Shown here: piece by piece, positions 22,200 to 36,866 of the stretch
Layout of the letters: each line of letters opens with the position of its first letter
Position numbering within the stretch: the stretch's first letter is position 1
Source of the DNA: Isurus oxyrinchus
Lineage: Eukaryota
Length of the DNA stretch: 64,000 nt
Direction of reading: 5' to 3'
Assembly (NCBI GenBank): GCA_026770705.1
Contig: JANJGN010000041.1
Span: forward strand, 5,766,001 to 5,830,000
Notes under the pieces: model-generated
Databases searched by the model: none
Told to the model about the DNA's origin: nothing
Seen by the model: the letters and a program-made list of their open reading frames with translations, nothing else
Position numbers and translations under genes: made by a program

Positions 22200-23008
22200 T
22201 GACAGACATAAGCACAAACACACACGCGCACAAACACAAACACAGATAAACAGAAACATGCACACACCCACATACACAAACAGAAAGCCTGACACACAGT
22301 GACACCATTAGACATAAACACACACACACACACTGTAGCAAACACAGGAAAACAATCTGAAACGCAGACACATAGACGTTTGCATAGACACATGCAGAGA
22401 CAGACAGGCACATGAAAACATACAGACACGCATACACAGACACACGCAATCACACACAAACACTGGCACACATTCACTTTGATAAACACACACACACAAT
22501 AACACAAACAGGCACACGGATTTAAACACAGGCACACAATTGCATGCAGACACACAGAGAGAGAAACAGACTTGCACACTCACACACGACACACATGCTC
22601 AGGCTCGCATTTACTCGTCCACATACACAGAGACTAAAAGCACAGACACATTCACACAAAGAAACACGCACAGACATGCCAAAAGGGTCTCACACTTTCA
22701 CACTGACACCCAAACAGGGCATGCACAGGCATGTGCACCTAAACACAGATGCAAACACACGCATACACATTAGCACATATTATCACTCTCCGACAATCTG
22801 TCCCTCTCTCTCTCACACACACACCCACTCACAAACACAGAGACACATACACACTAACAAAATCATGCACAGACTGAAACACACATGTGTGCACACAACA
22901 CACATGTCACTCACATGCTGACTTACATATTCACTCATTCACAACTGCTCACAAATTCACACAGACACATCCAGACACCCTCTCTTCTCCACTCTCTCTC
23001 CTCCAATC

Positions 23009-23044
<36 letters not shown>

Positions 23045-23075
23045 ACACACACAGACACAAACATACACTCACAGA
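22200..23075. repeat. Degenerate (CA)n microsatellite-rich tract
   Basis: Visible CA/CAGA repeats, with pure (CA)n at about 23012-23038. Confidence 0.95.
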
Positions 23076-23869
23076 ACCTCACAGTATATACAATGTCTCT
23101 GTTGAGAAGCAGGGCAGAGGACACCTCCCCCAAGAGGAAACTGACACACCCACACAGTCTTAGGTTAGATGTTCCTTGACTAGGTCCCTGAGTAGTTCAG
23201 TGAACAATGCCTGTCGTAAAGAAATTTCTCGAGGTTCTAATCTAATGGGTTTAGAAACGATCAATATTTTAATGAAAAATCATATCTGAAAAAAATTCTG
23301 CAGTTATTTACTAATGAGCCCGCTGTTCAGTGAAGTGAGCTTGATGCCATATATCTTAACGAAGTGTGATCGACTTCTCATTTAAAGGAATTGTTATGCA
23401 ACCTGAAACCTATGGATTAAATACACAGTGACAGGGTGTGTATGATGTTAAAGAAGACACAGAGAGCGGAGCGAAGTTGTGGAGGATGGTTATTTAGGCA
23501 ATCGGGAAGAGCACAATGATGTTCCCTTTGTGTTCATATCATGAGCACTGCAGCTTATGATGCACAAAAACAACATCACTCTCAACATTTCGTCGCAGTT
23601 GACGATTTTCTGAAGATTTTCTCTGATAGATTCCAGGCCGGCCGATGCCTAATCAGGCCTGAGCATGATAAGCAGATTCTCCCACAACGGGTTCTAGAGA
23701 ACATGTAGTCGCAACTGGGGTTTGAGGGAGGGGGGTGGGGATGGTGGGGGATGGGAGGAGCTGCTCTTTCCGTCTCCTCCTCTTCTCTGATATGGTGCCT
23801 TTTTGCTGGATCTCATATGTAACCTTCTGTGCAGAGAGCATTTTTTTCATGTTTGTAGGTAACAGGAAT

Positions 23870-24590
23870 TAAGAAATATAAACGTTGAGGAGGATAGTAG
23901 AAATATTAAGGCAGATATGCATAGACGGGTGAAAGGGAAATACACGGTGCAAATGTAGTGTAATTGAGGATAGTGTGAAGAATACGATTGCGAGAGCAAA
24001 TATAAAATTTAAAATCCATAACTTTAAATCTGTTGAGGGAACAGAGTGGATAGATGTTCAATGATCATCATCACAAGAAGGGCACATCGATAAGATTGTT
24101 AAGAACACACAGAAGGTACTTGACTTTATAAACACTGGGGTATAGTACAATACTAAGGATCTTCTGTTAAAATTTTTCCCATCACTGGTTAGTCCTCAGT
24201 TGAGCTATTGCACCTCATTCGGGTCACTACACAGTAGAAAGGGTGTGTGGGCCTTGGAATGGTTTCAGCAAAGATTTAATTGACTGGTGCCAGCGATGGG
24301 GAATTTCCGTTTTATCTTGAGGCTGGAGAGATAGTATTTTTTCTCCTTAGATCGGAAAAGGTAACAGGGAATTGAATAGATGTTTCCAAATTAACGTGGA
24401 ATTTTGACAGAGTAAGGAGAACCATTTTCATCTCGAGCAAGGAACAGTGGCACGCTTTTCAACAACTTGAACCGGAGAGGATAGAAATAGAAGAATTTTA
24501 CAGAGAGTGGTTGTAATGAGGAATGTACAGGTTGAAGATATGCTTGAAGCCGATTCATTGGACAGTTTCAAAAGGGAACTGGAGAAATGC
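23870..24590 (+). mobile_element. Decayed CR1 LINE RT to 3' region
   Basis: ctggttagtcctcagttgagctattgcacctcattcgggtcac (LVRPQLEYC..FWSP motif) and aggctggagaga...ttctccttag. Confidence 0.65.
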
Positions 24591-25109
24591 GGATAATGGG
24601 GGTGGGGGGGGGGGGGGTGGGGGTTGCGGGGTGCAGAGGGGCACTTTCAGAGCTCTGGACAAAGAGCAGGCAGGAGGGTCCTTAAGGAATAGATGCTTCA
24701 GTGATAGCACACAGGCGCTGGGGCAAATGTGTTCCATGCAGGCTGAATTAATATCCCAGTCTACAATTACAGAAAACATCATGCCCGAGTCTCCTGAACA
24801 GTATTGATGCTCAGTTGCTCGTGGGTGACAGGTTATTCCTCACTTATTCGCTCACAAATACGACAGCAAAACAACAAACACATGTTGAGGCAAGTATTGA
24901 TGGTAATGTGTTTAGTGGAGAATGCTTATGTCTGTTATTACAGGCCTGTTGTCATTCAGTGAGTTACAAACACATTGATTTTATTCATGTTTCTGCATAT
25001 TTGTGTCAGGGTGTGTCTGACACTGACAATGATGCATTTTTGGATTGGTGCTAACCAATGCTTCATCTGTCTGTTCCGGCTGATGTAAAAATACTATGAC
25101 ACTAACTTG

Positions 25110-25310
25110 ATGAAGAGCAAGGGAACTCTCCCTAGTGTCGCTCAATATTCACCCTGCCATCAACGTCAGAATGAAACAGAATATCTGGTCATGAGCACAT
25201 TGCTGTTTGTGGGAGCTGTTGGGTCTAAAGTAGCTGCCTCTTCCACTGCATCACAGTAGTGGCTGCACATCAGGGGCCACTTTTCTGATCACCCAGGTCT
25301 TTGAAAGTTT
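25110..25310 (+). mobile_element. Deu-domain SINE fragment
   Basis: gaagagcaaggg...tatctggtcatgagcacattgctgtttgtgggagctg. Confidence 0.65.
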
Positions 25311-25689
25311 TATCTGTGACCTCACGCTCGATGGAGTCAAATGCCTTTGACTGATGAACAAATCCGCTGCAGAGAAGTTTAATCAGTTCCAGACAGGACT
25401 GTTTGGTTTATCCAGTGACAAAGTTCATGTATGTGGTTCCTCTGCGTGGCTGGTAAACATACTGGGTTTCCAGAAGGATGATTTCACTTATGGATAGGAG
25501 TCGTTCCAGGAGGATTCATGTGCAAAACTCCTGAGGATGGGCCATGAGGGATACGTATCTATAGTTGTAAGAGATTGATTATCATCTTTGTTTAAACGTG
25601 AAATATTGTTGGAATTGCAGATGAATTGAGGTGGGACCTATTCGTCCCAGATTTTTGTAAAAACAAGTGTGCGATTTTGAGCGAGGCCA

Positions 25690-26200
25690 ACCGCCCAGTT
25701 GATGCCCCAACATTTACATATATCACTGGTACTGGGTTAACCTAACAAATACACCACCTGGAGAAATTCCACCAGGGGTATCTCCGCAGGATATTACATT
25801 GCAAGTGGGAAGACAGGTGAACCAACTTTTGTATCCTCCCTGAAATCAGTTCCACAACATTCTTCCCCCGGATCATGTGAAAACAGCTTCACTTGTCTGG
25901 ATGCGACACGCATATGTCAAATTAAAGTCTCCTGGAACAGATCCGCTTTTAACTAATTGAGAGTGAAACCTCATCTCAAGGAGACAGAGTAAATGTTTCA
26001 AGGACACTCTAACATCCTGAGTTAAACAGAGATCAAGAGATATCGCACTTGGGAGGAACTTCTCAATAACTGTGCGATGTGGTAGAACCTCATCCAGCAA
26101 GCCCCACCCCAGTGACCACATCAACTTTGCTGTCGAGACGTGATCAAAATGGAAGGGGAGAAAACCAATCCCAAACTCAGGAAAACAACTTTCCTCATGG
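25690..26200 (+). mobile_element. RTE-clade LINE RT C-terminal fragment
   Basis: Reads HLEKFHQGYLRRILHCKWEDR*TN and later KCFKDTLTS*, matching the RTE motifs LERFHQRCLR.IL.I.WQDR.TN and KRFKDTLK. Confidence 0.65.
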
Positions 26201-27289
26201 AATATACTGCTGGTTTTGCCCAATGACCCGTGGCTTCAGGATTGGTCTGATGAGTGATCTGACGATGCAGACTGACAAACTTGATCCCCCTTTCAAGGGG
26301 ATGACTTTGATGATAATGACGACAAGGATTCAGCTCTATATTTAAATATCTTAATAAATGTAACATTGAGGAATATTTGACTCCAAGATCATGCTTCACC
26401 AACTAGCTGTCGGATGTCTTTACAATAAGTTCACATTAAGGACGCCCTTCATCATGTCGTGTGGCACAAACATCTTGCCGATTAGGATTGATTCTGAAGA
26501 GATCCAGCAAATCAAACTGAGCATCTATGAGGCCCTGAAGCCCAATCGCAACATCACTATTGCATCAAACACAATCTTTAACCTCATGGCCACTCATATG
26601 ACCCAGCAACCACTCCACAGTACTGCAAATCCTAGTTCATTGACGAGTGCAGGTGGCCATGACAGGAGTAACAGACACCAAACCTAAAAATGTTTTGAGC
26701 TCTCTCTGGTGAACTGTGAGATGCAATTTTCACTGATCCATACCAAATCCCAATGAAACTCAATACTCTGAATTATATAGTGAGCTCTCCAGGCAGGGGT
26801 GAAAACCACTGAGTGTATCCCGCCAACGTAGAAAAGCCATATTATGGCATATAAGGTAACCTGGAAAATAATCTGTTTTCAGCAGTGAAATAAGAAAGGA
26901 GCGAACTTAATATATCAATTCGTTTCTGAAATAAACCAGGAAGAGTAAATTCTAAACACGACCTTCCTGTAATTAGATTGGACTATAGGGAGGTACTTCA
27001 AAGTTAGACCAGAATATAAGGAATTGGAAAAGGAACTGAAAATGCGGCTCCTTGAGCCTGCTCCACCATTAGATAAGATAATGGCTGATCCTCCAGTACT
27101 TCCATTTCCATATCCCCTTCTAACCCCAATAACCTTTGATTGTTTCCCTATTATGCCCTATTATGCTATCTTCCAGGAATTACATTCGGGATGTCGTAAA
27201 GAAGATATTAGAAACTGATGAGACAATTGTGTTTAAATAGGACAATTGCGTTGTAACTGATCGTTTTGAAAATAGTTGTAGGATTGGGC

Positions 27290-28070
27290 AGGGTGAGATT
27301 GGGAAAATTGTGTGAATTTATCCACTTCGGTCAGAAAATCAGAAATGCAGAGTAATTACTGCTAAATAGTCATTGTTGATGTGGATGTTGACTTGCATAT
27401 GCTTGTTCATCAGTCACGGATAAACTATGAGGTAAAGCAAGCAATTAGAATTGCAACGGATATCTTGGCTTTCCTTGCAAGTGGTTTTGATTGCAGGAGT
27501 AATTATGGCCTGCAGAATTTGCATTAAACGTTAGTGAGATAACAGCATGAAGATTTTGCGCAGATTTAGCCACTTGAATTGAGGAAGCATATATGTGCCA
27601 TCGAGGGGTGTCAGGAAAGTTCTCCAGGCTGACCTCGTATGGTACGAGTTAAAGGAGACTGGGTCTGTGCCCTCGAGAGTTTAGAAGTATGATAGATTAT
27701 CTTATTCAAGCATATAAGATTCTTAAATTTCTCAGCCAATCAGGTACACAAAGGTTCTAACCCCAGTCTAGGTTTTCAAGATTAAGGGCAAATCCTCAGA
27801 ATATGAGGTCAAACATTTTGCACAGGGTTGCAGAGCTATGCCGTCAATTATACTGTGGTGCACCTCTTGAATTCGCTAACCCAGAGGGCTCTGAAAGCTG
27901 AGTCATTGAGCATTTCTTAAAACAAGAACTGATAAATGTGCTGGTATTATAGTATGCAAGGGTTGCTGATGGCACTGGGCAATGGTGGTGAGGTAGAAGA
28001 TGCCCCATTATCTAACTTAATTTTGGAGCAGATTCAAAGGGCCGAATGACCTGCTACTCTTGTATCCTAA
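27290..28070 (+). mobile_element. CR1 LINE RT to 3' end
   Basis: KCEFIHFG.KN.../L.LYKTLVR/LEFR.M..DLI..YKIL motifs in decayed form, ending ggccgaatgacctgctactcttg. Confidence 0.7.
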
Positions 28071-29539
28071 GTCCCATTGCTCTTTGCTGCATGAGGAATC
28101 TCATTCAGTGATTTATTTTTATCAATGCAGCATTCTAATATTGCAGAATATTGACGGGCGCTGTTCGAAGTCGTTTATTAACAAATAAGTTAGCAGAATG
28201 TCGAAATATTCACCTCAGGTACACTCAGGCCAACATTATTCGAACAGTGAACACAGCAAAAGAAAATATTCTGTAGGCAATATAGGGAAACAGCAATTAA
28301 CAGGATGGATCCAATTGTGTTTATGGCCTGCAGAGACACCATCGGTCAACAGGTGGCCTTCTATGTTCAAATATCCAAATGAAAGAGTGTTCTAAATAGA
28401 TTGACTGGCTGCAGATAAACTGTCTTACCTATGGCTCTATGGGAACTAAAAGGTATTGAGTATCTGAGTAACAATGAAGGATAAATCTGGAATGAATTGC
28501 AATGGAATGAATCAAATTCTTAGAATGATTCTATACCACTATATTCACCAGTGATCTTTTAGAACTTTGTTATGTAACGGAAAGCTCCATCATATCGCAT
28601 ATGTGCCTATACCTACACAATATTATTCCCGTGCTTATGTTCAGTAAATGCTTCATGGTTTTACGCTATTACCACTTGGGTCTGTCTGTATGGATGGACG
28701 AGTCAGCTTTCAATGATATGTTGATATTTCCCAGGTCTAATTTACACGTGGCATGTGAACCCGTTAATTTTTGAATGGCATTCTGAAGCAAACTCGTTCA
28801 ACGCACCCTCTGCATTCCTATGAGTACACAGAGACTCTGTCCAGGGTTTGTTACAGTTCAGTTCCTTTTCCCTTTTTGCAATTTTGAAATGCCTTCTAAA
28901 TGCATAGTTCAGTTAATACATGTTGCAGAGTTTCACTATCTGCGCAACTCTTCACATGTTGTAAATCTCCCCTGACCATTGTAGAGGCCGTTTTAGCCCA
29001 TCTTCACAATGCTGGGAACGATCCATGAGATTCTTAACCCTCCTTCTCGAACGCGAAACCCCTAACACCAGCCTTACGAAATGCAAACAAACACGCAAAT
29101 ACATGGACACATGCACACACTTACATACACACAACTCCAAGGTATTACAATGATAGAGTCCATATTCTCCATCAGCGATGAGGCTGTGTTGCTTGCCTGT
29201 GACAATGACGGTGATACAATATAAGACCGTTCCTAGCCCACAACATGTTTCTAGTCAGAATTCCCTGACACAGGTGAGGGACACAGCTATCAGCGTTGGC
29301 AGCCATGAGGGTCGTGGCGAGGTATTTGAATAACCCCTTTGACATTAGCAGCTAAAAGATCTCCCCTTGAGGTCCAGCTAGGCTGCAGTGTATCACTGAT
29401 TGTCCCTCTTGCTGCAATTCATTCATGGGATGTGGGAACCTTGTGAAAATTTCTAAGGGTTAGTTGTTGTTGTGATCCTAGCTGATGTTTTCACTTGACA
29501 AGTCAGATTGCAGAATGGAACATGGATTGATAGGCCATT

Positions 29540-30460
29540 TGTTATCTTTGTTAACCTTCCAGTTTATTAACTGAAATAGGTTCTGGTTTATGCTGTGTTA
29601 TTTTTGAAACAAAAGATAAAATGTTTACTAAACAGTAAGCATTGAACATATTGCATGAGGAATCAAAGAGTTTGGAAATATTTGAACACAGGCACCAAGA
29701 AGTAACTGGCTCAAAATCAGGATATCCATTTTAACATTACTGCAGTTACGGCCGTAGACTCCATTGAAGAGATGCCATTATTTCCACATCCAGCGTAAAA
29801 CCGGCTCAGTTGAAAAGATGGCTCTTTCCCAGTTGACTTCTGAATAATCACTAGAAGATATTCGACAGTTGGTCTCCCCTTTGGGATGTCTATAAACTAA
29901 GTCCAAATCCAGTATTGTTCTAAATTTAGAGCAATGCATATGAGTTCCTTAACAATCTGGCATGATTTCCCGGAAGACTGAGTCTGAGACATTTTTCCTG
30001 TGTTGACTTTGTTGTATCCACATTGCAATTAACTAAAACAGTTCCTCCCAGTGTCCCAATGCCTCTGTGGGTCTCTCTCCGAACCCCTGTTGCTACAATG
30101 CAGCACAGTTTATTTTTCTCTTACATTTGCTAAATTACAAACCATTTGTCACTGAGATATTCGCTTCAAGAAATATAAACACTTATTATAAATGCATGTA
30201 TGCAAACAGGGCCAGAAGACTGCCACCTCAGCCTCACGTAATCTTAAAATGAAATCAGACGTCGTTATCACCCTTTTTTAATAAACACATATTAAAAAGA
30301 TTATAAATTAAACTGAACTTTATATCCTGTTCCTAACACCCAAAAATAAAAGCAAAACTCACTTAAAACGATACTTGTTCCAAACATTAATTTTCATCAA
30401 ATCCGAAAGTTCGATTTTTTATTATTTAACAATGAGCCCTCGGTTATGCTTGACGTAACA
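29540..30460 (-). mobile_element. Old solo LTR-like element, also present at about 47630-48573
   Basis: About 920 bp bounded by TGTTA...TAACA, non-coding, and shared by both duplication copies. Confidence 0.45.
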
Positions 30461-31359
30461 AATATCAATGACTCATATTGATGAGTTTGGTAGAATTCCT
30501 TAAGTGTGATGTTAAACCTACCTAACAGAAATCAGTGAAGGAAGCATGGAAATCTCCTATCATTCAACAGCCTCAGATTCCTTGAATGCTGACAGCAAAA
30601 TGAAGTCTCCCCTCCTCTGTTTCATAGGGGGCGTTCAACTCCTTCTCTGAAGAACGACAGTGCTGACGCTGTCAAATTCTGTCTGTAATACATCAGAAAC
30701 TCCAAATTGCATTGGTATTTTTATTTCCATTTTTGTTTCTTAGTTGGAAATAGTCCAAATGACCTATTTCCACTGCTTGCAGATGATGGTCATCACGTGA
30801 GCACCACTTTTGCGATTGCTCGCATCTGAGATAGAGTCTGAAAACAATGGATATTACTTACTCAGTACTCAAAAGATTACATTCTATTTTGAACAAATGA
30901 TCTATTACTTTAGATACGGATTACATGTGCAAATGCAATCCAAATCTGCATATCATAAACACAAAATGTCTTTAACAACTGGCATAAACATTCTACGCCA
31001 ATTCCATGCAGCCTAAACCAATTCTCATCAAATATTGACAAAGATCCCAAACAAAATTTGAGGAAAGGAATTGATTCCTCTCAAAATGCAGTTGTTCAGT
31101 CATACAAATATGGAAAATAAATTGTAAGCAGTTAGTCATCCATAACCGAATAATAAATTTTGTTTTTAGTGGCTGTTAGGGATTTACAATAAGTTCAAAC
31201 AGCTGAGTTGAACATCTGGTTTTATTCTTCTCTCAAATAATAAAAATAAATTACAACCACTTTATAACGGGTCCCTTTGCACCTTTTAAGAAATTTGGAA
31301 CGGTTTCTTGGAAGTAGCTACTTTCCTGTTCTCAGATGGCCTAAGTGATTTACAGTCTC

Positions 31360-33840
31360 AATGGCAGAAATTCAACCTTGAATTATTTAAAAGGTGCTTC
31401 AGATAAAATCCATCAATATTAGTTGAAACTAAATGCAAAGCACCTAAGAATTTAATATTAAAATTAAATCCATATAAATGAGACTGAAGCTTCAAGCTAT
31501 TCTCCAGGAGCGGTCTCAGCAAGGCTCTATGCAATTCCAGGAGAGTTCTGTATTCCATTGCACAAATCCGCCTGTGAAAACATCTAATATATCATTTGCT
31601 TCCTGGTTTCTTGCTGCAGCTGCATTTTAGCTTTCAATGACTGAAAAACAACAACGCCCAGGTCAAACTGTACATCAGCAGGTCCTAATATATCCTCGTT
31701 TAAGAAATATGCTGCATTCTGATAGCTACCAATTTGGATAACTTCTCATTTTCCATATTATATTTCGTCTTCCATGCTCTTACCATCTTACATCGGGTGC
31801 ATTAGACCCTTTAAGGCTCTTTGCATCATCCACACAACTTACAACTTGTGTCTTCTGCAAACTTCGAAATGTCAAGTGCAGTTCCCACATTCAATTCACT
31901 GATGCGCATTATGAATGGCAGGGGATACAGGAAAACTCCTTGCACCACGCCACTAGCCACATCCAGCCAACCAGAGAATGGCACGTTTCCTCCTTACTAT
32001 CCGTTTTTTGTTCCTTAACCAATTCTCCATTTTTCAATATAGGCCAGTATATTACCCCAATCACGAGATATCCAATGTTGCATCATAGACTCTTGCATGG
32101 AACTATGTCAAAAACATTTTGAAAATCCGAATGCACCACATCGAATATTCTCTCTTTCTATTCTGATATTTCAATTCTTACAGAAAATCTCTAACACGTT
32201 TGTCAAATACTATTTACCTATAATACATCCATGGAACCTCTTCCCAATCCAGATCCATTTACTAACTGTCCAGCTGAAATGTATTTTCCCATATATTCTA
32301 AGTTTTTCCATACCACTGATGTCAGGCAAAACGGTCTGCAGTTCCCCATTTTCTTCGCCCCTCCTTCTAGGGTTACATTTCTTGACCTTCAGAATTGCTG
32401 GAGCCATTGCAGAGCCCATGGTATTTGGCAAGAATAACTCCACTGCAACTATTATATCTACGGCCACCTCTTTCAACACTCTGGCATGTTGGTCATCAGG
32501 TCCTGGGAATTTCTTAACCTTTAGCCCCACTGCTTTCTTAAGTTTTGCTCTTTGGACGCATTCTGGTTACAGGTGCTTATTCTCACAAGTTCCTTGTCCT
32601 CTGGTAGTTCTGGGAATTTATTTTTCTTTACACCTTCCTCCGTAAAGGGAGAAAAAAATAACGTGCTAATTTTCCCTTCTATTTCCTTTCTCTCCGTCTC
32701 AAATTCTCCTTGTATTTCCTATAATGGACCAATATTTTTTCGCTGCTAGTACTTTAATTTTCTAAGTAAGTATCGAAGTGTATTCATTGTTCTCGCCAAC
32801 GTAGCTACAATTTTGGTTTTCTCTTCCTTATCAATGTTTATTTTTTATGTCATTAATTCTCCTTTGCTGAATTCTAAAAGCCTTCTGCTCCTCAGGGTTT
32901 TTACTTATTTCTCCACTTAAAACACCTCCACCTTTTATGTAAAAAAAATATATCATATCTTTTTAGGTGTAATAGATTTCCTGTTCTGTTTTCCTGTGCC
33001 CCAAATGCATGTTCAATTGTAGTAAACAATTTATTCACTCTTTAAATCTACGCTATTACATGGTTAATTTCATCCAATTTTTGTAACTCCCATATGCCAC
33101 AACCAATTTCCCCTTATATCTTAGTAGTTGCCTTTGTTTAGATTAAAGACCCTAATTTCAGATTTAAATGCCTCACTTTACAACTAAATATAACATTAGA
33201 TTTTATTATGGTCACGCCCCCTTAATGGCCCATTTATAATCAAATAATTAATTTGTTCTTTCTCAATGCAAAGTAGTAGATGTGAACTCTCTGTTCCATA
33301 GTTGGTTCCACAAAGCGATGTCCCAAAATTGCTGATGGATACTACAAGATGAATGCTTTTGTGGCATGGTTAAACAGTAGCATTCTTTTCCCAGTATGTC
33401 CGTATGTTGACCTATCTCATGATGACTGCATTTTGTTGTTATGTCCATCTTCACTTTCCTTATTAACACTGCACCCTCCATTAGCAGTACTCTTTGTTGC
33501 CACCAAGTCCGATCATGCTTGCTGCCCCTTTCTTTTTCTCAGCTGCACCCAATGTGTTTCTGCCTCCTGATCTTAAGTTCTAAGAACCAGTCATTATTAT
33601 TCCTCATCCATTATTAACAGCGCTACCCCAACTCCTTATACTTTTTGTCTATCCAAACAAAATGTCGAAAACCCTTGAGCAATCAGGGCCGAGTCGTGGT
33701 TGCCTGCGTCTATATATCTGAAAAGACAAATAAAAATATCATACCAGTTTACTTCTATGTGTGTTATCATTAATTTACCTCATTGGGAATGTTGTTTGCA
33801 TTCATATAGAGTACATTTAATGATGTATGTCCAGAAGCTA
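31360..33840 (-). mobile_element. Long decayed CR1 ORF2 (endonuclease to RT)
   Basis: LNVLYMNANNIPNEV (APE start, ORF 33770-33967), LKVKKFPGPDDQHARVLKEVA (ORF 32210-32530) and LLELHRALLRPLLE (ORF 31358-31558). Confidence 0.8.
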
Positions 33841-33939
33841 TTGCCGTATCTGCTCGTGCACTCTTAGTTCTGTGCACCCTGACCCTCCCTGCGACATTCA
33901 GATTGTTATTTTCCTTATTGCAAGTGTGAGATATTTTTA

Positions 33940-35790
33940 ACCGAACCAATACTGACATTCGAAACATTAAATATTTAAAAGCTCACTATTTGAGCCAATC
34001 AAAAAATTACATTACATGAAGTAAAAAATAACGGACTTCCATGAAACATTTAAAATCCGACATTTCTAAAACATTATTTAACTGACATCCCTTAAAAATA
34101 AATTTATGTGACTTGTTTTAAGTATTCGTTAACTGACATTTCATAAATGTGGTGCAACAAAAAATTTTGAAACACAATGTGGCCGATGTTTCTGAAATAT
34201 TTTTTGATTGGCATTTTCCAAATTATGATACATTTGTCTATTTTCGAAAGACTCTGGCCCTTACTTTTGAAAATTAAGATATAATTGCCTTTTTAAAACA
34301 AATAAGTAACTGATATTTTAATCAGTTTTCAACTGACATTTTCAGAAATGCTATATTGCTGTTATTTTTCTCCAAAATTCTATAGCTCATTTTTTTTTAG
34401 CAAACAATCTATAACTGTTTCTTTTAAATAATCTAAAATTGTCATTTTTGGAAATAATAAGAACTTCCTGTACCATTAAATAACCGAAATTACTGAAAGA
34501 TTAAATGACTGACATGCTCCAACTGAAATTTTTGAAGCATTGTAACAGTGACCTTTATGCAAACATTCGGAAACTGATATTATTTGAACCATTCTGTTTC
34601 TGTCATTTCTTTCATTTAAATTATAAATGACATTTTGGAAAAGCTGTGCAACATAAATTTTTGAAACATTATGTATCTGACTTTTATTTTAATGTAAGGA
34701 AATTACATTTTTGAACCATCTGTTAATTAGATCTTTGAAAAAGTTAGTAACTGATTTTTTCTGAAACACTAAATAATTGACATTTTTGAAGCAACATATT
34801 AGGCATTATATGAAGCGAACTACACTGAGATTTTTGTGACATTTTGTAACTTATATTTTTGATACATTGTCTGAAATTCTTTGAAGCACTCCGTGACTGA
34901 TATTTTCTGAAAGCGTCTCAAGCTGACCTTTCTTTAAACAATGGACAATTGAGGCTTTTTGCAACATTTTAAAACTGAATTTTTTTAATACATGCTGCAA
35001 CTGATATGTTTTCAAACAAGCTACAAAAGACTTTCATGAAAGCTGCACAGCAGACATTATAGAAACATTAAATAACTGACTTTCATAACATTCAATTAAT
35101 GGATGTTTGTGGAAAAAAGCACTTATATTGATATTTTCTGAATCAAGCAATTGCTGACTTAGAAATAATACTCCACCAGTGATATTTCTCGAAATGTCAA
35201 TTTCCTTGCACTTCTGGCATCTTCTATGGCAGACTTGTTTCAAAAACACTGTAAGTGACATTTTTGCAACATTCACTAAATGACATTATGAAATATTGTC
35301 TAAGCTGAGCTATTTTATACATTCTCTGACATTTTTGAAACGCTCAATTAGTGGGCGTTCTTTGAAAGACTCTATAACAGATATTTTTTGCTTCTAAATA
35401 CTTTGGAATGCACTGCATGGGACTGAGGTGGAGGCAGGTACAATCGCTGGAATCATAGTGTTTTAGATGATTAATTGAATCCAAACAATGTGCAGGGGTA
35501 CGGGAAAAGGCAGGGCAGATGAACGAGGTCATAATGCAGATTTTGAGAGTTGGAGCAGAAACGCAGGAACAAATGGCCTCTTTCTGTCTCATAAACATTC
35601 TGTGTTGCAGTAATTGACATTTATTTTAAGCATTCTAAAACTGACATTGTTTGAAACTTTAAATAACGGATATTTTTAAATTTGTACACCCAATTTTTTT
35701 TTAAGAATGTTTAACTGACATTTTTAAAACCTTAAATAACTGACATTTTTAAAACAAGCTGTAAATGAAATTTTTGGAATGCTAATTTAT
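33940..35790. repeat. AT-rich degenerate tandem repeat (~29-bp unit, core aactgacatttttgaaac)
   Basis: Dozens of recurring actgacattt/ttgaaaca cores, interrupted by a short CR1 3' piece at about 35410-35600. A paralogous array lies at 50790-51365. Confidence 0.8.
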
Positions 35791-36866
35791 CTAAGTTATT
35801 TTCCTTCCAGTGATGACATCAAATATGGAATCATCATTCAGAGAAATAGTCTGTTTTTGTCTTTCTAGATTATTAAAATCAAAATCCAAATAATGTCAGT
35901 CGAAGTTTTCAGTTGTTAAGCCACATCCTGAATTAGAACCTGGCTTGATAGACCCTAACATTCTTTAAACAGTGAAGGAAAGTGACTGAACACATTCACA
36001 AGAGTCTACTGATACTCTTTGAATGCATTGACAAAATTACTTATTTGACAAAATAAAATAGACCAGACAAAAAAATTGAAAAATCACAATATGCAGCACA
36101 GGAACATGATTCAAATATACAATCTTCCGAGTATGGGCAACAGCTTTAAACACACATACAGATTATGAATGATTTTAAATAAATCACAGAATCACACAGG
36201 GCATAAGAGGCCATTCGGCCCATTAATTCTAAGTCCAATCATGAGAAACACCTGACCTAACTACCTAATCCCATTTACCAGCACTTGGCCAATCGCCTTG
36301 AAAGTCATAATCCTAATACTCTTGCTAAGTATGAGTTTTATGTGAATTGGCAGGCGAAATATGATCAGGCACACTGAAGTAATTTATTTACCTTTTCTGC
36401 AGACTTTTGGTTTTGGAAATATTCTGGCTGAACCATATGTTCCTGCGTGATTAAGGGGTTGTGACTGCTGGTCCCAGGTCAGAGCGCAGCGATAAAGCAT
36501 CAATTTCTGAGAGTTAGCAGACCGGGCAGTTTGCAGACCGTCATCCCGTTCAATGAGTGCTGCAGCCTGGGTTGTCCTGTCTGGGAGGCTGCAGGCAGCA
36601 ACTCAGAAAAAGGGGTGGTATCTTAAGACAAGTGGATTTTATGGTCGCACTGAACTTAATGGAGCTAAAAAGGGTCGGCGCATTTTTTGCCTCATTTCCT
36701 GCCATTCCAGCCCCCCACCCAACCACGCAGTCCCGCCCCGTCATGAGGTCCTCAATTTCAGCCAAGGTCACGGTCAGCATTTTAAAGACCCCCTCCCAAG
36801 GGACAGTTTTAGATGACCAATCAGGTGACCAATCTCGTGGATTAACTGTGCAGAGAGAAGTTTGCA

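Larger units (their letters stand above)
27290..34600 (+). repeat. Segmental duplication, copy A (paralogous to about 45340-51360)
   Basis: Collinear matches by eye: 27310/45360, 28660/46709, 29282/47373, 30493/48604, 32645/49527, 33560/50375, 34550/51335. Confidence 0.85.

Noticed and set aside
22022-23163. Long Cys/Val-rich and His/Thr-rich ORFs
   Set aside because: They are translations of (CA)n/(TG)n low-complexity DNA.
24597-24632. G-run as a functional G-quadruplex or poly-Gly/poly-Pro coding region
   Set aside because: A simple homopolymer tract at the end of a CR1 fragment, with no supporting context.
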